A DNA stretch of 64,000 nt from Parcubacteria group bacterium GW2011_GWC1_36_108. GTDB taxonomy: Bacteria; Patescibacteriota; Minisyncoccia; Moranbacterales; GWC2-37-73. A model generated the notes under the pieces. The model saw only the letters and a list, made by a program, of their open reading frames with translations. It had not been told where the DNA came from and searched no databases. Below, one piece after another: positions 63,632 through 64,000 of this stretch (positions within the stretch are counted from its first letter, which is position 1; every line of letters starts with the position of its first letter). The stretch lies in NCBI GenBank assembly GCA_000991245.1, contig LBRD01000005.1, positions 10,944 to 74,943 of the forward strand. Direction: 5' to 3'. The translations under genes and the position numbers were made by a program.

Positions 63632-64000
63632 CTACTCTTTTTTATTAAATCCCTCTAAGGATTTAAGAATTTCCAAAGGAATTGCAAAAATGACAGTGTT
63701 GGACTGATCCGAACTAAGATCATTTAAAGTGCTCAAAGTACGCAAGTGCAATGCTCCATCAGCCTTGTTAAGAACATTTGCCGCCTTGGCCAAATTTTCC
63801 GCAGCAATAACTTCTCCTTCAGCTTTAATAATAACCGATCTTTTTTCTCTTTCAGCTTCTGCCTGTTTTCCGATAACTCTTTTCATTTCTTCAGGCAAAG
63901 TAACATCCTTGAGTTCAACAGAATGAACTTCAATTCCCCAAGCATCCGTGGCTTTGTCTACGCTTAATCTAATTTTTTCAGCGATGGTGTCACGATTAGA
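63632..64000 (-). CDS. SPFH/band-7 (HflK/C / stomatin-like) protein, C-terminal part (N-terminus beyond the window end)
   Basis: PEEMKRVIGKQAEAEREKRSVIIKAEGEVIAAENLAKAANVL. The minus-strand reading frame is open to position 64000. Confidence 0.7.
   Translation of the reverse strand, partial: SNRDTIAEKIRLSVDKATDAWGIEVHSVELKDVTLPEEMKRVIGKQAEAEREKRSVIIKAEGEVIAAENLAKAANVLNKADGALHLRTLSTLNDLSSDQSNTVIFAIPLEILKSLEGFNKKE

Noticed and set aside
1-64000. Alternative genetic code (UGA or UAG reassignment as in some CPR lineages).
   Set aside because: All large conserved genes (secA, dnaK, pheT, alaS, the P-type ATPase and others) are full length with the standard code and end at TAA, TAG or TGA, so there is no evidence of stop-codon reassignment.
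1-64000. tRNA, rRNA or tmRNA genes and IS or transposase genes.
   Set aside because: Scanning intergenic GC-rich segments found no tRNA-like T-arm/acceptor signatures (GGTTCGAATCC-type) and no rRNA-like regions; no transposase or integrase ORF is present, so the R and E repeats are non-autonomous.

Overview
This 64-kb window comes from a low-GC (~35-38%) bacterium. Almost every gene is on the minus strand. Gene content and architecture suggest a small-genome Patescibacteria/CPR-like organism (inference): core genes lack Shine-Dalgarno motifs, AlaS lacks its C-terminal domain, there are two free-standing 'rRNA-IVS-type' four-helix-bundle proteins, an ADP-forming acetyl-CoA synthetase, a T4SS-coupling-protein-like ATPase and a 1266-aa repetitive surface protein. 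Housekeeping content: recJ (partial), hrcA-grpE-dnaK with dnaJ displaced ~4 kb away, each end carrying a CIRCE operator; cysS, dnaB, recR, rplU, alaS, mnmA, pheST, tyrS, secDF, secA, hpf, murB, a P-type ATPase, mltG, an SLT transglycosylase, a GT2 glycosyltransferase and an SPFH protein (partial). No tRNA, rRNA, CRISPR array or transposase was found. The most unusual content is non-coding. Three families of small palindromic repeat elements sit immediately 5' of start codons. The E family has five copies in long (~145 bp) and short (~40 bp) forms, with compensatory base changes that preserve a hairpin. The F family has three copies, one carrying a four-helix-bundle ORF inside its loop. The R family has three ~130-bp MITE-like copies, two of which bracket a response-regulator gene. 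Other points of interest: SecD carries an embedded parvulin-type PPIase domain; yidD is co-transcribed with four tandem Cys-containing small ORFs on a GC-rich island; several GC-richer islands have strong SD sites that contrast with the SD-less core genes; a cutA pseudogene is overlapped by a four-helix-bundle gene; and 7-bp TTAGGNN/CCTAANN tracts abut several start codons.
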